A stretch of DNA of 64,000 nt from a virus, in IMG/VR virus record IMGVR_UViG_3300010397_000041, positions 1 through 64,000 of that record; one strand, written 5' to 3'. How positions within the stretch are numbered: position 1 is the first letter of the stretch; each line of letters opens with the position of its first letter. Both the position numbers and the translations under genes were made by a program. The notes under the pieces were generated by a model. It was not told the DNA's origin. It saw nothing but the letters and a program-made list of their open reading frames with translations, and ran no database searches. Positions 1-10,052 of this stretch are shown here, one piece after another.

Positions 1-2
1 AC

Positions 3-554
3 GACGAGGCGATCACGAGCCTCCTGATCTACATCACGGCCCGCGCGACCACACTTCTGCGCGACCGGCGGGACGGCCTTCATACCGGCACGATCGCCGG
101 GCTCCAGGAGATCGCGAGCCTGATCGACGAGGTGCTCGCCACCGCCGGGGCTGGACTGGGCGCCATCGTCGGTATCAGCCCGTCGCGGGCGGCGCTGGCC
201 GAAGCGCTCCCGAACACGGTCATCCGCGACCGTGAGGGCGACCACTGGACCCTCGACTCGGCCAGCCTGTGGCACTGCCCGAACGCGCCCCTCGCGATGA
301 CGATCGACGAGCTGAACGAGCAGTTCGGCCCTCTCACGGTCATCGCGCTTCCGGGCGGGCTGGTCGCCCAGCCCGATCCGTGGGTCGGCCACCCGCTGTG
401 GCAGATGTACGGCGGCGCGGACGCGCCCCGCTGCGCGGCCTGCCGCCGGCCGTACGCCCAGATCGAGGCCCGCGCCGGGATGACGACCTGCGAGCACTGC
501 CCGCCGCCCGCCAAGCCGACGGCCCCGGCCGACTTCCCAGGCGGTGCCGAATGA
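3..554 (+). CDS. Hypothetical protein with C-terminal CxxC..CxxC zinc finger (5' partial)
   Basis: Frame open from window start; CAAC...CEHC; ATGA overlap with next gene. Confidence 0.6.
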   Translation, partial: DEAITSLLIYITARATTLLRDRRDGLHTGTIAGLQEIASLIDEVLATAGAGLGAIVGISPSRAALAEALPNTVIRDREGDHWTLDSASLWHCPNAPLAMTIDELNEQFGPLTVIALPGGLVAQPDPWVGHPLWQMYGGADAPRCAACRRPYAQIEARAGMTTCEHCPPPAKPTAPADFPGGAE

Positions 555-1807
555 TCGTCGACTGGGAGGCTGCCCGCCTCCAGCTGCTGACCATCGTCCG
601 GACGGCGCTCGACGGCCACGAGTCCGGCGACGTCTCCGACGTGGTCGGCCGGATCGCCGGCATGCGGTCCGCGCTCGACGCCGCGATGGTGGCGCTCGGT
701 CGGGAGCCCAAGCCGGTCGCTGGCTGGTCGCTGGAGACGGCGCCCGCAGACTCGCTCGCCCAGCAGCTCGGCAGCCTCAGCGTCTGGCGCCGTGACCCGG
801 ATGGCCTCTGGTACCGGCCTGGCAGCGACGTCGGTTGTACGTCCGGTGAGCTGGCCACGATGGGCATGCGGCTGACGCACGTCCCGGTCGACGCCACGCC
901 CGCACCGTCTCCCTGGGAGGCCTGCCCGCATGACGGCGGTGACAACGGCCGCTGCCACGGCCGCGGCGCGCCCATCGTCATGACGCTGTTCGAGTCCGCC
1001 TACCTGCCCGATGAGGTCTTCGACAAGGCGTTGCGCAAGGCGCTCGCCAGCGAGCCCTCATGGCGGCTGCACAGCGACGAGGCAACGAACATCGAGTATG
1101 TCCGGCGCCTGTTCGACGAGATCGCTCGCGGTGCCGAGCCGTACGCGAACCGGCCGACGTCCGACTTCCCTACTCCACGACCTGCCGCTAAGCCTCTGGC
1201 GATGCCGGAGCTGGTCGACACGCCCGACCGTGCCGTCGCCGAAAGCCCCGAGGGGTCGGTCTGGCTGCGGTTGCCATCCCCCGCCCAGCCAGCGTTGCCG
1301 TGGGTGCTGGTCCGCGCCGGCCTCGATGTCGACGAGGCCGAAGGCCGGGCGATCAACTGGTCGCACGGCTCGCTGGCCGAGAAGGACGCGGTCGTCACAT
1401 CCATCCCCGCGGCCAAGAGGCAGGCCGCCGAGACGCCGGCCGACGACAGCGACGCCGGTCGGACGACGGCCAACGCGCACGCGGCGATCGGGCTCGTGAC
1501 CATGCTGAACGCGGCGATCCCAGGCGGCGTGGACGTCACCATCACCGCGTCGACGTACACGCCCTATCTCACCGTGCACGGCTCCGGCGGCGAGGCGACC
1601 GAGATATCGCGGCTCGCCGTGGTGCGGGCCGCAGCTCGGCTCGGCGGGAAGGTAGTCGCCCGGCAGCGGACGGCTGAGAAGCTGACCGTAACCGTCACTC
1701 TCGACATCGACGGGCGGCCGGCTGAGGTGATGCTCACCTGCGAGCCGCAGATCGACGTTGAGGCCCGCGCGTGGCTCGCCGAGCTGGGTGTTGAGGTGCG
1801 GTCATGA
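551..1807 (+). CDS. Hypothetical multi-module phage protein
   Basis: ATG at 551 coupled to upstream stop; high GC3; ATGA overlap with next gene. Confidence 0.65.
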   Translation: MIVDWEAARLQLLTIVRTALDGHESGDVSDVVGRIAGMRSALDAAMVALGREPKPVAGWSLETAPADSLAQQLGSLSVWRRDPDGLWYRPGSDVGCTSGELATMGMRLTHVPVDATPAPSPWEACPHDGGDNGRCHGRGAPIVMTLFESAYLPDEVFDKALRKALASEPSWRLHSDEATNIEYVRRLFDEIARGAEPYANRPTSDFPTPRPAAKPLAMPELVDTPDRAVAESPEGSVWLRLPSPAQPALPWVLVRAGLDVDEAEGRAINWSHGSLAEKDAVVTSIPAAKRQAAETPADDSDAGRTTANAHAAIGLVTMLNAAIPGGVDVTITASTYTPYLTVHGSGGEATEISRLAVVRAAARLGGKVVARQRTAEKLTVTVTLDIDGRPAEVMLTCEPQIDVEARAWLAELGVEVRS

Positions 1808-2352
1808 GGCCTGTCGAGTCGCTCGAACCCGCCAGCGCCACCGGCCCGTACGAGACGGAGCAGGACGCCGCGGCGGCGCCGATGCCACGCGAATGGGCCC
1901 GGCTCCGCTACGCCAACAGCCGCGAGGTGGTGGTACACGAAGCGCTTCTGGACGCTTGCCTCTCGGCAGGGATCAAGCTCGGCGCCTTCGACCGGCGGAT
2001 CGTCCGGTGGCTCTGTAACTGGGAACCGGCGACCGTCCAAGTCGTGATCGGCCTGATCCGTCGCGCGGCCCGCCGAGACGGCTGCACCCACCAGCGGGCC
2101 CAGGTCGAGGCCTACATCGGCCGGCCCGGCGCCGAAAACCCCGACAACCGCGGCCTGCCCTGGGAGGTCCTCCACCCGGAGCAGCGCGACCTCGACGGCC
2201 TCCACACCTACGTCGCGCTCGGCGCCTGCGAATGCGGACGGCGGGTCGTCTCGGTCCGTAGCTGGGAGCCGGCCGGCGGCACGCCGGCCTGGACGAGCCC
2301 GTGGACGCCGCTCGTCCGCGACGGCGAGGCAGCACGGCGGGAGAGAACGTGA
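1804..2352 (+). CDS. Hypothetical protein
   Basis: Coupled start/stop overlaps on both sides. Confidence 0.65.
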   Translation: MRPVESLEPASATGPYETEQDAAAAPMPREWARLRYANSREVVVHEALLDACLSAGIKLGAFDRRIVRWLCNWEPATVQVVIGLIRRAARRDGCTHQRAQVEAYIGRPGAENPDNRGLPWEVLHPEQRDLDGLHTYVALGACECGRRVVSVRSWEPAGGTPAWTSPWTPLVRDGEAARRERT

Positions 2353-2639
2353 CGGCCGCCCAAGTGATCGGCCTTCGCTCGCGAATGCCACTCACCCAGG
2401 AGACGTGGCCGCTAGCACCGGGCATCCGGCCGCCGGGTCGGCCAGTCACGCGGCGCCCGAAGCCAGGTACGCCGCTGTGGCTGCGGATGACCGGGGAGTG
2501 GAGGCAGCCCGTTGCGGTAGCGCCCGACCGGCCGATGGACCCGGAGGCATGCCCAGTCGAGTGGATCGCGAAGAACAACGGAACGCCCGTGTGGGTCGTC
2601 CGCCCGTCCGCGATCCGGCTGCGGGACGTGGCGTCATGA
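2349..2639 (+). CDS. Small SH3/Tudor-like beta-barrel protein (paralog 1)
   Basis: GTPLWLRMTGEWRQ motif shared with 3324 and 3566 genes; GTGA coupling. Confidence 0.55.
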   Translation: MTAAQVIGLRSRMPLTQETWPLAPGIRPPGRPVTRRPKPGTPLWLRMTGEWRQPVAVAPDRPMDPEACPVEWIAKNNGTPVWVVRPSAIRLRDVAS

Positions 2640-2679
2640 GCCGGCAGAGCCGGCAGGTCCGGGCGCAGGCGGTCGCCCG

Positions 2680-3327
2680 GTGACCGGCCCGCAGATCCGC
2701 ACGATGACCTGGGACACGGGGATCCCGCTCGGCGAAGGCCAGACCGCCCGGTTCCGCGCGCCGCTCGGCGACACCTACAGCCTGTTCCTCGACGAGGTCG
2801 GCCGGCTGCGCGCGGAGGAGGTCTTCCTCCGGGTTGGCCTCCCTGACGGCGGGATCCTTCGGCTTCTCCGGAACGGCCTGCCGCCGGTCCGGATGCGGAT
2901 GACGCACCGCGGCGTCGACGCGATGATCTTCGGTGAGCGGCCGCTGTTCTTCAAGTCCGTGAAGTGGGCGGGCTGGCAGGACAACCTGCGAGCCATAGCA
3001 CTCACCCTCCAGTCCCTGCGCGCCGTCGACCGGTACGGCTGCAACGACCGTGGCCAGCAGTACGAGGGCTGGGCGGCCGAACTCCCACCGAAACCCACCG
3101 TCCCGCCCGGCGACGCGGCGCTGCGGGTCCTCGCCGAGCGCGCCGGCGTCGCCCATGACCCGAACCTGCCCGTCGACGAGATTCCCGCGCTCTACCGGAA
3201 GGCCGTCCGCGGCGCCCATCCCGACATCGGCGGTTCCACAGCGGCGACCGACGCCGTCCAACGCGCACGCCGAACCCTCGAATCGCTCGGCCGGTGGCCC
3301 GGCCACGAGAAAGCGAGCACCCGATGA
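2680..3327 (+). CDS. Phage J-domain (DnaJ-like) protein
   Basis: DNLRAIALTLQSLRAVDRYG...QQYEGW followed by YRKAVRGAHPDIGGS (HPD motif). Confidence 0.8.
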   Translation: MTGPQIRTMTWDTGIPLGEGQTARFRAPLGDTYSLFLDEVGRLRAEEVFLRVGLPDGGILRLLRNGLPPVRMRMTHRGVDAMIFGERPLFFKSVKWAGWQDNLRAIALTLQSLRAVDRYGCNDRGQQYEGWAAELPPKPTVPPGDAALRVLAERAGVAHDPNLPVDEIPALYRKAVRGAHPDIGGSTAATDAVQRARRTLESLGRWPGHEKASTR

Positions 3328-3569
3328 CCACCCCGCCGATCCCGGCGACCCTGCCGTTGGACGGCCCTGCGCCCGGCCCCCCGCTCGACAGCGTCCCACC
3401 GGCCGGGACCGCGCTGTGGGTCCGCGTGGAAGGCGCCTGGCGGCAGGGGATCGCCCTCGGCCCAGCGCGGTCTAATCCGCGGCGTGTCGCCGTCGACGTC
3501 GCCGCAACGGCGGGCGTCCAGCGGTGGATCGTGCGGCTGGGCTACCTCCGGCTGAGGAGCCCGCGGTGA
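3324..3569 (+). CDS. Small SH3/Tudor-like beta-barrel protein (paralog 2)
   Basis: GTALWVRVEGAWRQG; ATGA coupling. Confidence 0.55.
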   Translation: MTTPPIPATLPLDGPAPGPPLDSVPPAGTALWVRVEGAWRQGIALGPARSNPRRVAVDVAATAGVQRWIVRLGYLRLRSPR

Positions 3570-3949
3570 CCGACTGGACGTTGCCCCAGCTCCTCGGTAT
3601 CGACCGGGCCGCCGTCGCCGCCGGGCCGTCATCCGGGTCGCCGTCCGGGCCGGTCGTGACCGGCAGGGCCGGCCTGCCCCTCGACGGGGCCGCCGCCATC
3701 CCGATCCGCCCCGAACGGCAGCCAGGCCCACGGCTACCCGCCGCACGGCCCGGTCTGGCCGTGTGGGTGCCGGACGCCGGCCGCTGGCGCCACGGCGCGA
3801 TCCTCACCCAGCCGCGGACGGTCAAGGGTGCGGGCGGCCCGAACGAGGGCACGGTGCGTGCCGTCGTCGAGTGGGTAGTCGACCGGACCGGCCGGCTCGC
3901 TGAGGCCTCGTACCCGATCAGCGAGCTCCGCGACCGGGAGGCGTCGTGA
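3566..3949 (+). CDS. Small SH3/Tudor-like beta-barrel protein (paralog 3)
   Basis: GLAVWVPDAGRWRHG; GTGA coupling. Confidence 0.55.
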   Translation: MTDWTLPQLLGIDRAAVAAGPSSGSPSGPVVTGRAGLPLDGAAAIPIRPERQPGPRLPAARPGLAVWVPDAGRWRHGAILTQPRTVKGAGGPNEGTVRAVVEWVVDRTGRLAEASYPISELRDREAS

Positions 3950-4404
3950 CAGCGGCCGAGGACGGCCTGCTCGCCGCCGCCACCGAGTACCAGAAGGCCG
4001 CCGCCGACCTACGCGAGCGGATCCGCGACGCGCGGCTCGTCATCCAGGAGCTGCGCGATGTCCAGCGCGAGGCCGCCGACCAGGTCGCCAAGGTCCGGCC
4101 CGAGGTCGAGCGCCAGGTCAACGAGAAGGTCACAGCCGTCGTGAAAGCGCACCTGGACGCGCTCCAGAAGGAACTGAAGCCGTTCCAGGCCCAGGTACTC
4201 AAGAAGATCGATGAGCACTGGAAGGGCTACACGGACATCCTGCTCGGCCGGGCGCGGCAGACCCGGAAGCCCGGCCAGATGCCGATCGACGACATCGCCC
4301 GGCTGATCGCGCAGGAGCACGGGCACGGCCTGCCGTCGGTCATCGGCGACGTGCCAGCCGCGTTCGAGCGCCCTCCGCACCACCGCGAGGTGAAGCCGTC
4401 GTGA
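3946..4404 (+). CDS. Coiled-coil protein (tandem paralog A)
   Basis: Heptad-like helix; N-terminus nearly identical to next gene. Confidence 0.7.
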   Translation: MTAAEDGLLAAATEYQKAAADLRERIRDARLVIQELRDVQREAADQVAKVRPEVERQVNEKVTAVVKAHLDALQKELKPFQAQVLKKIDEHWKGYTDILLGRARQTRKPGQMPIDDIARLIAQEHGHGLPSVIGDVPAAFERPPHHREVKPS

Positions 4405-4898
4405 CGGCTCCTGAAGATGCCCTGCTAGCGGCCGCCGCCGAGTACCAGAAGGCTGCAGCCGACCTGCGCGAGGTCATCCGCGAGGGCCGCGAGGTCATCC
4501 AGGACTCGGACACCGCCCGCCGTGAGCTGACCGACGAGGTGAAGAACGCCCGCGCGGTCGGTGCCCGGCTCGTCGACGAGCTGGTCAGGCCAGCCATCGA
4601 GGACGCCATCGGGAGTCTGCGCCGCGAGCTGGAGGAGCAGGCAGGGCGCTGGCGGGCCTACGTCGAATCCGGCTTCAAGGAGGTCTCCGCGTTGCTGATG
4701 GGCCGTGTCAGCGAGGCGGCGCGCCGGGTCGCGGCGACGCCGGGCGCGACCGATCGGCCGCCGACAGTCGTCGGCAACGTGCCGTTGGCGTTCGTCGCCT
4801 CACCCGACACCGACCTTGCTTCGGCACGGCGGGACGCGCGTCGTGCCAGCGACCGCGACCAGCGTGCCGCCCGGCGCGCGTCGAGACGCACCACCTGA
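4401..4898 (+). CDS. Coiled-coil protein (tandem paralog B)
   Basis: MTAPEDALLAAAAEYQKAAADLRE vs MTAAEDGLLAAATEYQKAAADLRE. Confidence 0.7.
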   Translation: MTAPEDALLAAAAEYQKAAADLREVIREGREVIQDSDTARRELTDEVKNARAVGARLVDELVRPAIEDAIGSLRRELEEQAGRWRAYVESGFKEVSALLMGRVSEAARRVAATPGATDRPPTVVGNVPLAFVASPDTDLASARRDARRASDRDQRAARRASRRTT

Positions 4899-5002
4899 GA
4901 CGGCCGCCGCCCTGACCCCAACGACGAACCGGGGCGGCGGGGCTGACTACCCGGTGCCGGCACCGCCCCCGGCCGGCGCCGGGTGCGCACCCAAGGAGAG
5001 AC

Positions 5003-5359
5003 ATGCCCGACATCCCCGACACCGTGCTGCCCGTCGCCGTCACTGCGACCGCCAGCGCACAGAGCGCCGACCGCGGCCACCCGGCCGTCATCCGCTTCTA
5101 CGAGCCCGAGACGGACGAGCCCCTCGCGCCGGCACCCTACGTCCGGCTCCGCTGGCAGCTCCACCGGCGCAGCAACAAGACCGACCCCCAGATCCGCGTC
5201 GCGCTGCCGTCCGGTACCGACGACCGCATCGGCGCGATCCTCGAGTTCTTCACTCCGCAGTTCGCCGCCCAGTTCGCCGCGCAGCTCACGGCGGTCGCCG
5301 AGGCTGCGGCGGCCACTCCTGTGCCCGCCAGCCTCGCCGACTACGAGCATCCGTTCTGA
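5003..5359 (+). CDS. Hypothetical protein
   Basis: AAGGAG RBS; high GC3; TGATG coupling to next gene. Confidence 0.7.
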   Translation: MPDIPDTVLPVAVTATASAQSADRGHPAVIRFYEPETDEPLAPAPYVRLRWQLHRRSNKTDPQIRVALPSGTDDRIGAILEFFTPQFAAQFAAQLTAVAEAAAATPVPASLADYEHPF

Positions 5360-5598
5360 TGGCGGCGACGACCGGCAAGATCGGCCGCGCGATGGCGGCT
5401 GCTGGCCAGCACTCGATCCGCGGCAAGACCCATCGCGAGCTGGAGGACCTCGCGCGCCGGCGGCTCGACGACGCGATCGGCAGCCCCATCTCACCCGAGT
5501 TCGACCTGATCTTCCTGGCCTACCTGTCCGAGGAAATCGGCCGCCGCCGCCGCAACATCCAAGCCAAGATCCGCCGCCAGAACGCCCGCACCACCTGA
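5359..5598 (+). CDS. Hypothetical helical protein
   Basis: TGATG coupling; high GC3. Confidence 0.55.
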   Translation: MAATTGKIGRAMAAAGQHSIRGKTHRELEDLARRRLDDAIGSPISPEFDLIFLAYLSEEIGRRRRNIQAKIRRQNARTT

Positions 5599-5615
5599 CG
5601 GACGAACGGAGCGAC

Positions 5616-5921
5616 ATGCAGACCGTCACTCACGACCGGTGCGGCGAACGTGCGCGGGTGTTCCGTTTCGGGACCCGCGCCGAGGGCTCGCTCGAGGCCC
5701 ACTGCACGACATGCCATGTCATGTGGCTCGTCCGCCACGCCGGCTGGCGCCACTGGCTGCGCTTGGGCGGCTGGCGGGTCGCGTTCGCGGTCTGGCACAT
5801 CCGCCACCCAGTTGCCGCGTGGCGCTCGCTGCGGCCCGACACGCGCGAGCGCTGCGCCACCTGCGGCATCCACGACGCCATCCCCGAAGACACCTGCAAC
5901 ATCCGCTGCGCCTGCGCCTGA
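5616..5921 (+). CDS. Cys-rich hypothetical protein (CxxC motifs)
   Basis: GGAG RBS; CTTC, CATC, C-terminal CACA. Confidence 0.55.
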   Translation: MQTVTHDRCGERARVFRFGTRAEGSLEAHCTTCHVMWLVRHAGWRHWLRLGGWRVAFAVWHIRHPVAAWRSLRPDTRERCATCGIHDAIPEDTCNIRCACA

Positions 5922-6015
5922 CCCCCTGACGCCGGAAACCCCGGCCGGAGCTGCGAACTCCGAGCCGGGGCCTCCTGCGGCACCCAACATCCCGACCGAA
6001 CCGGGAGTGAGCACC

Positions 6016-7450
6016 ATGGCCACCCTGCCCGACCAGACACACCCTGACCAGACCCCACGCGAGACCGACTGGCAACTCCTCGACGACCTCCTGACTTCCC
6101 TGCGCGAATCCCTGCGCATCGTCGAGCGCCAGGGGCCCACCCGCGGCCTGTGCGCCGGTATCCAGGACACGATCGGACTCATCTCCCGCAGCGCCGCCAC
6201 GGCGAACGCCCGAGCCCGCATCGGCGAGCTCGTCATCGCCGCCGGCCGCGCCTGCGGCACCCAGAACCCGGCGATCCGCCGCGACCAGATCCTGCTCGCC
6301 CGCGAGGCACTCGCCCGCATCGACCTGGTCGTCATCACCAACAGGCTCGGCCTCCCCGCCCCGGCAGGTGGCTGGTGAGCCGCATCGACCCCGACCTCGA
6401 CCAGGCCCAGCAGCACCTCGACGAGCGGCGCGCGCTACTCCCCCGGGCGACGGGCGCCAACGCCGCACAGGTCCGCGCCGACATCGCCCGCCTCGAAGCC
6501 GCCCAGCAGCAGACCCAGCAGCCGCATGGAGGCACCCAGTGAGCTGGCGCACGATGCTCGACCAGCAGCTCGACGAGCTCCGCGAGGGCCGCGACGAAAT
6601 GGCGAAGATCACCCGTGAGGCGCAGGCCGACGCCGCGTCAGCCACCACGCGGCGCGGCCGGCGCCGAGGCGCCGCGGAGGTCGCCGACCTCGACGCCGAG
6701 CGGGGCCGCCACGACGCCGACATCCGCACCGTCCACGCCGAGCGGGCCCGCGACGACATGGACCCGGGACGATGAACTCCTACCTCAAACTCCTCAAGCA
6801 GCAGGCCGAGACGTTCCGTGCCCGGAGCGCCGAGATCGCCATCGAGGCCACCGAGGCCGCGGCGACCGCCGCCGATCCGAACGAGTCGCGCCGGACGAGG
6901 CGGGACGCCGCCTACACGGCCAAGGCGCGCGAGAAGCTCGCCCGCGCCGTCGGCAACGAGGCCCGGAAGCGCGAGGACATCCTCGCCATGGACGACAAAG
7001 AGCCAGACCAGTGACGCGCCTTCTCGCCGCGGTGCTCGCGGTCGCCTGCCTGCATGCGCTGCCGGGCCTCCTCGCCGCCGTCGTGGCGCTGGTCCGCGCG
7101 CCGTCGGCCGCCGTCGCCCTGGCCGCCATCGTGGCGGCCGGGGCCGTCCTGGCATTCGCGGTCTGGTCGTACCGGGCCGACCCGCCGATGTGGGAGCCGC
7201 CCGAGCTGTGGTCGGGGAGGTTCGCGTGACCGCCAGCGACCTGCGCCGGACTCTCGCCGGCCGCGCGAACCGCCTCGCCGCGCAGGCCGAAGCGCTCCGG
7301 GATGCAGCCGGCCGCGACGCCGGCACGGACGCCGGCGAGCGGCTCGCCGGCGCCGCGTGGGCCAGCCAGCAGCGGGCCGAGACGCTTCGCGACGCGGCCA
7401 GCCGGGCCGGACAGCTCACGCACAGCCGCGGTGAGGCGGCTAGCCCATGA
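6016..7450 (+). CDS. Run of six coupled small genes (6016-6378, 6375-6542, 6539-6775, 6772-7014, 7011-7229 two-TM membrane protein, 7226-7450)
   Basis: Consecutive GTGA/ATGA overlaps and high GC3; 7011-7229 is hydrophobic, reminiscent of Spd-type small membrane proteins near traB. Confidence 0.55.
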
Positions 7451-7878
7451 GCGGTATCCGCCGCGAGCACCGGCTGGTGCTCGCGATGCCCTGCCCAGTC
7501 GTCGACCTCCATGCCGAACTAGGCCACCTCGCCGACGGCATGCAGCTCGTCAATGTCGCGCTCGCCGCCGAAGACGACAAGCCGATCATCATCGATGACC
7601 TCACCACTGTCGTGCTGGTCGTCAAGTCGGGCACGCAGCGTGAGACGGCCGGCGAAACCGACGAGGAGCCGGTACCGGCGAGTACCGGCACCGCCGCCCC
7701 GGTACCGGCCGGTACCGGCGAGTACCGGCCCCGGACCGAGCTGGGCCGGCTCGCGCTCGAAGCCGAAAAGGCACATGCCGAGGGCATCGTCACCACCGGG
7801 GAGGAACTCCGCCAGCACCTCAACATCAGCAAGGAAGCAGCAGTCGTCTTCTGGCGTCACCTGGGCAAACCCGCGTGA
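7447..7878 (+). CDS. Hypothetical protein with possible C-terminal HTH; contains GTACCGGC repeats
   Basis: Coupled to both neighbours; TGEELRQHLNISKEAA resembles an HTH. Confidence 0.6.
   Translation: MSGIRREHRLVLAMPCPVVDLHAELGHLADGMQLVNVALAAEDDKPIIIDDLTTVVLVVKSGTQRETAGETDEEPVPASTGTAAPVPAGTGEYRPRTELGRLALEAEKAHAEGIVTTGEELRQHLNISKEAAVVFWRHLGKPA
7672..7729 (+). repeat. Five GTACCGGC 8-mers on a 10-bp register (candidate clt/TraB recognition site)
   Basis: Copies at 7672, 7682, 7702, 7712, 7722. Confidence 0.75.
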
Positions 7879-10052
7879 GCGGGGCCGGCCCCAAGGAAGC
7901 GGCCGGCCAGGACGAGGCGAGTACCAGCCCGGTACTCGCCTCCGCCGACGTTGCACGGATCGTCGACGGCGAGGTCAGCCACCGGTCCGATCCGCGGCGT
8001 TGGCACTGGGCCGACCGGATCATCGTCATCGGCCGTCTCCGGCCCCGCGACCCCGACGACGCCAGCCCGGTACCCGGAATACGCCTCGCTCTCGTCACGC
8101 TCCGTGTCGTCTGGCGGGTCGGCCACGGTCATCGGGTCATCGCCGGCCGGGCGTGGGACGCCGCCACGCACGCCGCGATCCGCGAGCAGATCCGCTCCGC
8201 GCGGGCCGCTGGCGACCACGAGCGTCTCGGCGTGTGGATCGACCGGCACGGCGAGGCCAAGGCCGCCCGCCGGCAGCGGATCCGCGAACTCCCGGCCGTC
8301 GCCGGCGCGCTGACCGTCGGCGCGACCGCCGCCACAGCCGCGGCTGGGACCGCGGTCGGTGTCGGCGGCCTGGTCGTCGCGGCGCTGCACCCGGCCGGCT
8401 GGGGCTGGGACGACTGGTGGCACTTCTGGCACGCCGTCGTCAGCGCCGGCGCGACAGCAGTCGTGATTGTTCTCCGCGTCCTGCCCTGGGCGATCGTCCC
8501 AACCTGGGCGGCTGTCTTCTGGACGATCGGCCGCCTTGACGGACCCGTGCCCGGGTGGGCAATGGCCCCCGCCGAACTGGAGGAAGCACACAGCATGGTC
8601 ACCGCAGCCGGCCTCGCCGAGGCCCTCGCCCATCTCAGTATCCCCCCGCTGAACAAAGCGATCAAAGACGGCTGGCGGGTAGAGTTCTCCGTCCCGCCGG
8701 TCCGCGTCGGTAACCGCGGCTACCAGGTCGTGTTCTCCGTGCCGTTGGGTGTGACACCGGAAATGCTCGCCGACAAAAAGCCGGTACTGGCGCGGAATTT
8801 GTATCGGCATCCCACCGAAGTCTGGCCCGCCGCATCGGCACCCGGCTGGGTTGACCTTTGGGTGGCCGACCTGGGCGCCTCACAGCGGCCCGCCCCCGAA
8901 TACCCGCTGCTCCACGAAGGCACCGCGGATGTCTTCGAGGGCGTACCGGTCGGCGTCACCCAGCGCGGAGACCCGCTGCTGTTCCCGCTGGTCGGGGCGA
9001 ACTACTCCGCCGGCGGCCGAATGGGCCAGGGCAAGAGCAACCTGTGCCGGGTCATCATGCTCGGCGCCGCCCTCGACCCGCTCGCCCGCCTGCGGGTGCA
9101 TGTGTTCGCGGGCAACGGCGACTTCGACGCCTACGAGCCGCGCCTCGAGCTGTACAACCACGGCACCGACGAGACGGTCACCCGCGCCGGACTGGCCGAC
9201 CTGGAATGGCTGTACGAGGAGACCGGGCGACGCGAGGCCCGGCTCGCCGAGATCGGCGCGAAGAAAGTCACCCGCGGCGTTGCCGAGAAGTACCCGGATT
9301 TGGCACCGATCGTCGCGCTGTTTTCGGAATGCCATGAGCTGTTCGGCTGCACGAAGCCGCTTGACCCGGACGGGCCGAAGTCCGAGACGATCGGTAAGCG
9401 CGCCGGCGAGGTCGCGGTCAACACGCTGCGTCGCGCCCGCAAGACCGGGGTCGTCCTCGGCTTCGACACCCAGCAGGCCCGCGCCGACGCCATCCCCCCG
9501 AAAATCATCGGCCTTGTAGGGATCAACGCCTGCTTCTCCGTGAAGTCCTGGCGCGACAATGACGGTTTCCTGGGCGACGGCTCCTTCGCCGCCGGGATTC
9601 GGGCCACCGAGCTGCGGTTCAACATCGACCGGGGGACCTGCCTGGTCACCGGCGCTACAGCCGAGGTCTTCGAGATCGTGAAGACGCATTTCGTCGAGGT
9701 CGACGACGACTCCGGCTGGGACGCGGCCACCGAGGTCATCGAACGGGCGATGGCCGCGCTGAGCCCCGCTGTCGCCGCGACGCTCGGCGTGCCGATACCG
9801 GAGGCCGGCACTCGGGACCTGCTCGCGGACCTCGACGAGGCGCTGGGGACGGACGTGATCGCGAGCGCGGACGTGCCGGCGCTGCTGCGCGCGCTGGCAC
9901 CGGACTGGCCGGCGTACCGGTCGCTGTCCGGTGTGCAGCTGCGCGCGGACCTCGCCGACCTCGGCGTGAAGGTGCCCAGCACGGGGAACCGGTGGCCGCT
10001 GGACCCGGCTGTCGTCCGAGCGGCGCTCGCGCGGCGCGACGCGACCGAGTGA
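7875..10052 (+). CDS. traB: FtsK/SpoIIIE-family DNA translocase, TraB-like (actinomycete conjugative transfer)
   Basis: N-terminal TM helices; Walker A GGRMGQGKSN; Walker B-like IVALFSECHELF; RRARKTGV; TQQ; C-terminal wHTH-like region. Confidence 0.85.
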   Translation: MSGAGPKEAAGQDEASTSPVLASADVARIVDGEVSHRSDPRRWHWADRIIVIGRLRPRDPDDASPVPGIRLALVTLRVVWRVGHGHRVIAGRAWDAATHAAIREQIRSARAAGDHERLGVWIDRHGEAKAARRQRIRELPAVAGALTVGATAATAAAGTAVGVGGLVVAALHPAGWGWDDWWHFWHAVVSAGATAVVIVLRVLPWAIVPTWAAVFWTIGRLDGPVPGWAMAPAELEEAHSMVTAAGLAEALAHLSIPPLNKAIKDGWRVEFSVPPVRVGNRGYQVVFSVPLGVTPEMLADKKPVLARNLYRHPTEVWPAASAPGWVDLWVADLGASQRPAPEYPLLHEGTADVFEGVPVGVTQRGDPLLFPLVGANYSAGGRMGQGKSNLCRVIMLGAALDPLARLRVHVFAGNGDFDAYEPRLELYNHGTDETVTRAGLADLEWLYEETGRREARLAEIGAKKVTRGVAEKYPDLAPIVALFSECHELFGCTKPLDPDGPKSETIGKRAGEVAVNTLRRARKTGVVLGFDTQQARADAIPPKIIGLVGINACFSVKSWRDNDGFLGDGSFAAGIRATELRFNIDRGTCLVTGATAEVFEIVKTHFVEVDDDSGWDAATEVIERAMAALSPAVAATLGVPIPEAGTRDLLADLDEALGTDVIASADVPALLRALAPDWPAYRSLSGVQLRADLADLGVKVPSTGNRWPLDPAVVRAALARRDATE

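Noticed and set aside
5719-7512. Long antisense/alternate-frame ORFs (e.g. 5719-7512, 19831-21777, 46226-48292, 53688-55694)
   Set aside because: Arg/Pro/Gly-rich shadow ORFs typical of very GC-rich DNA, overlapping well-supported genes
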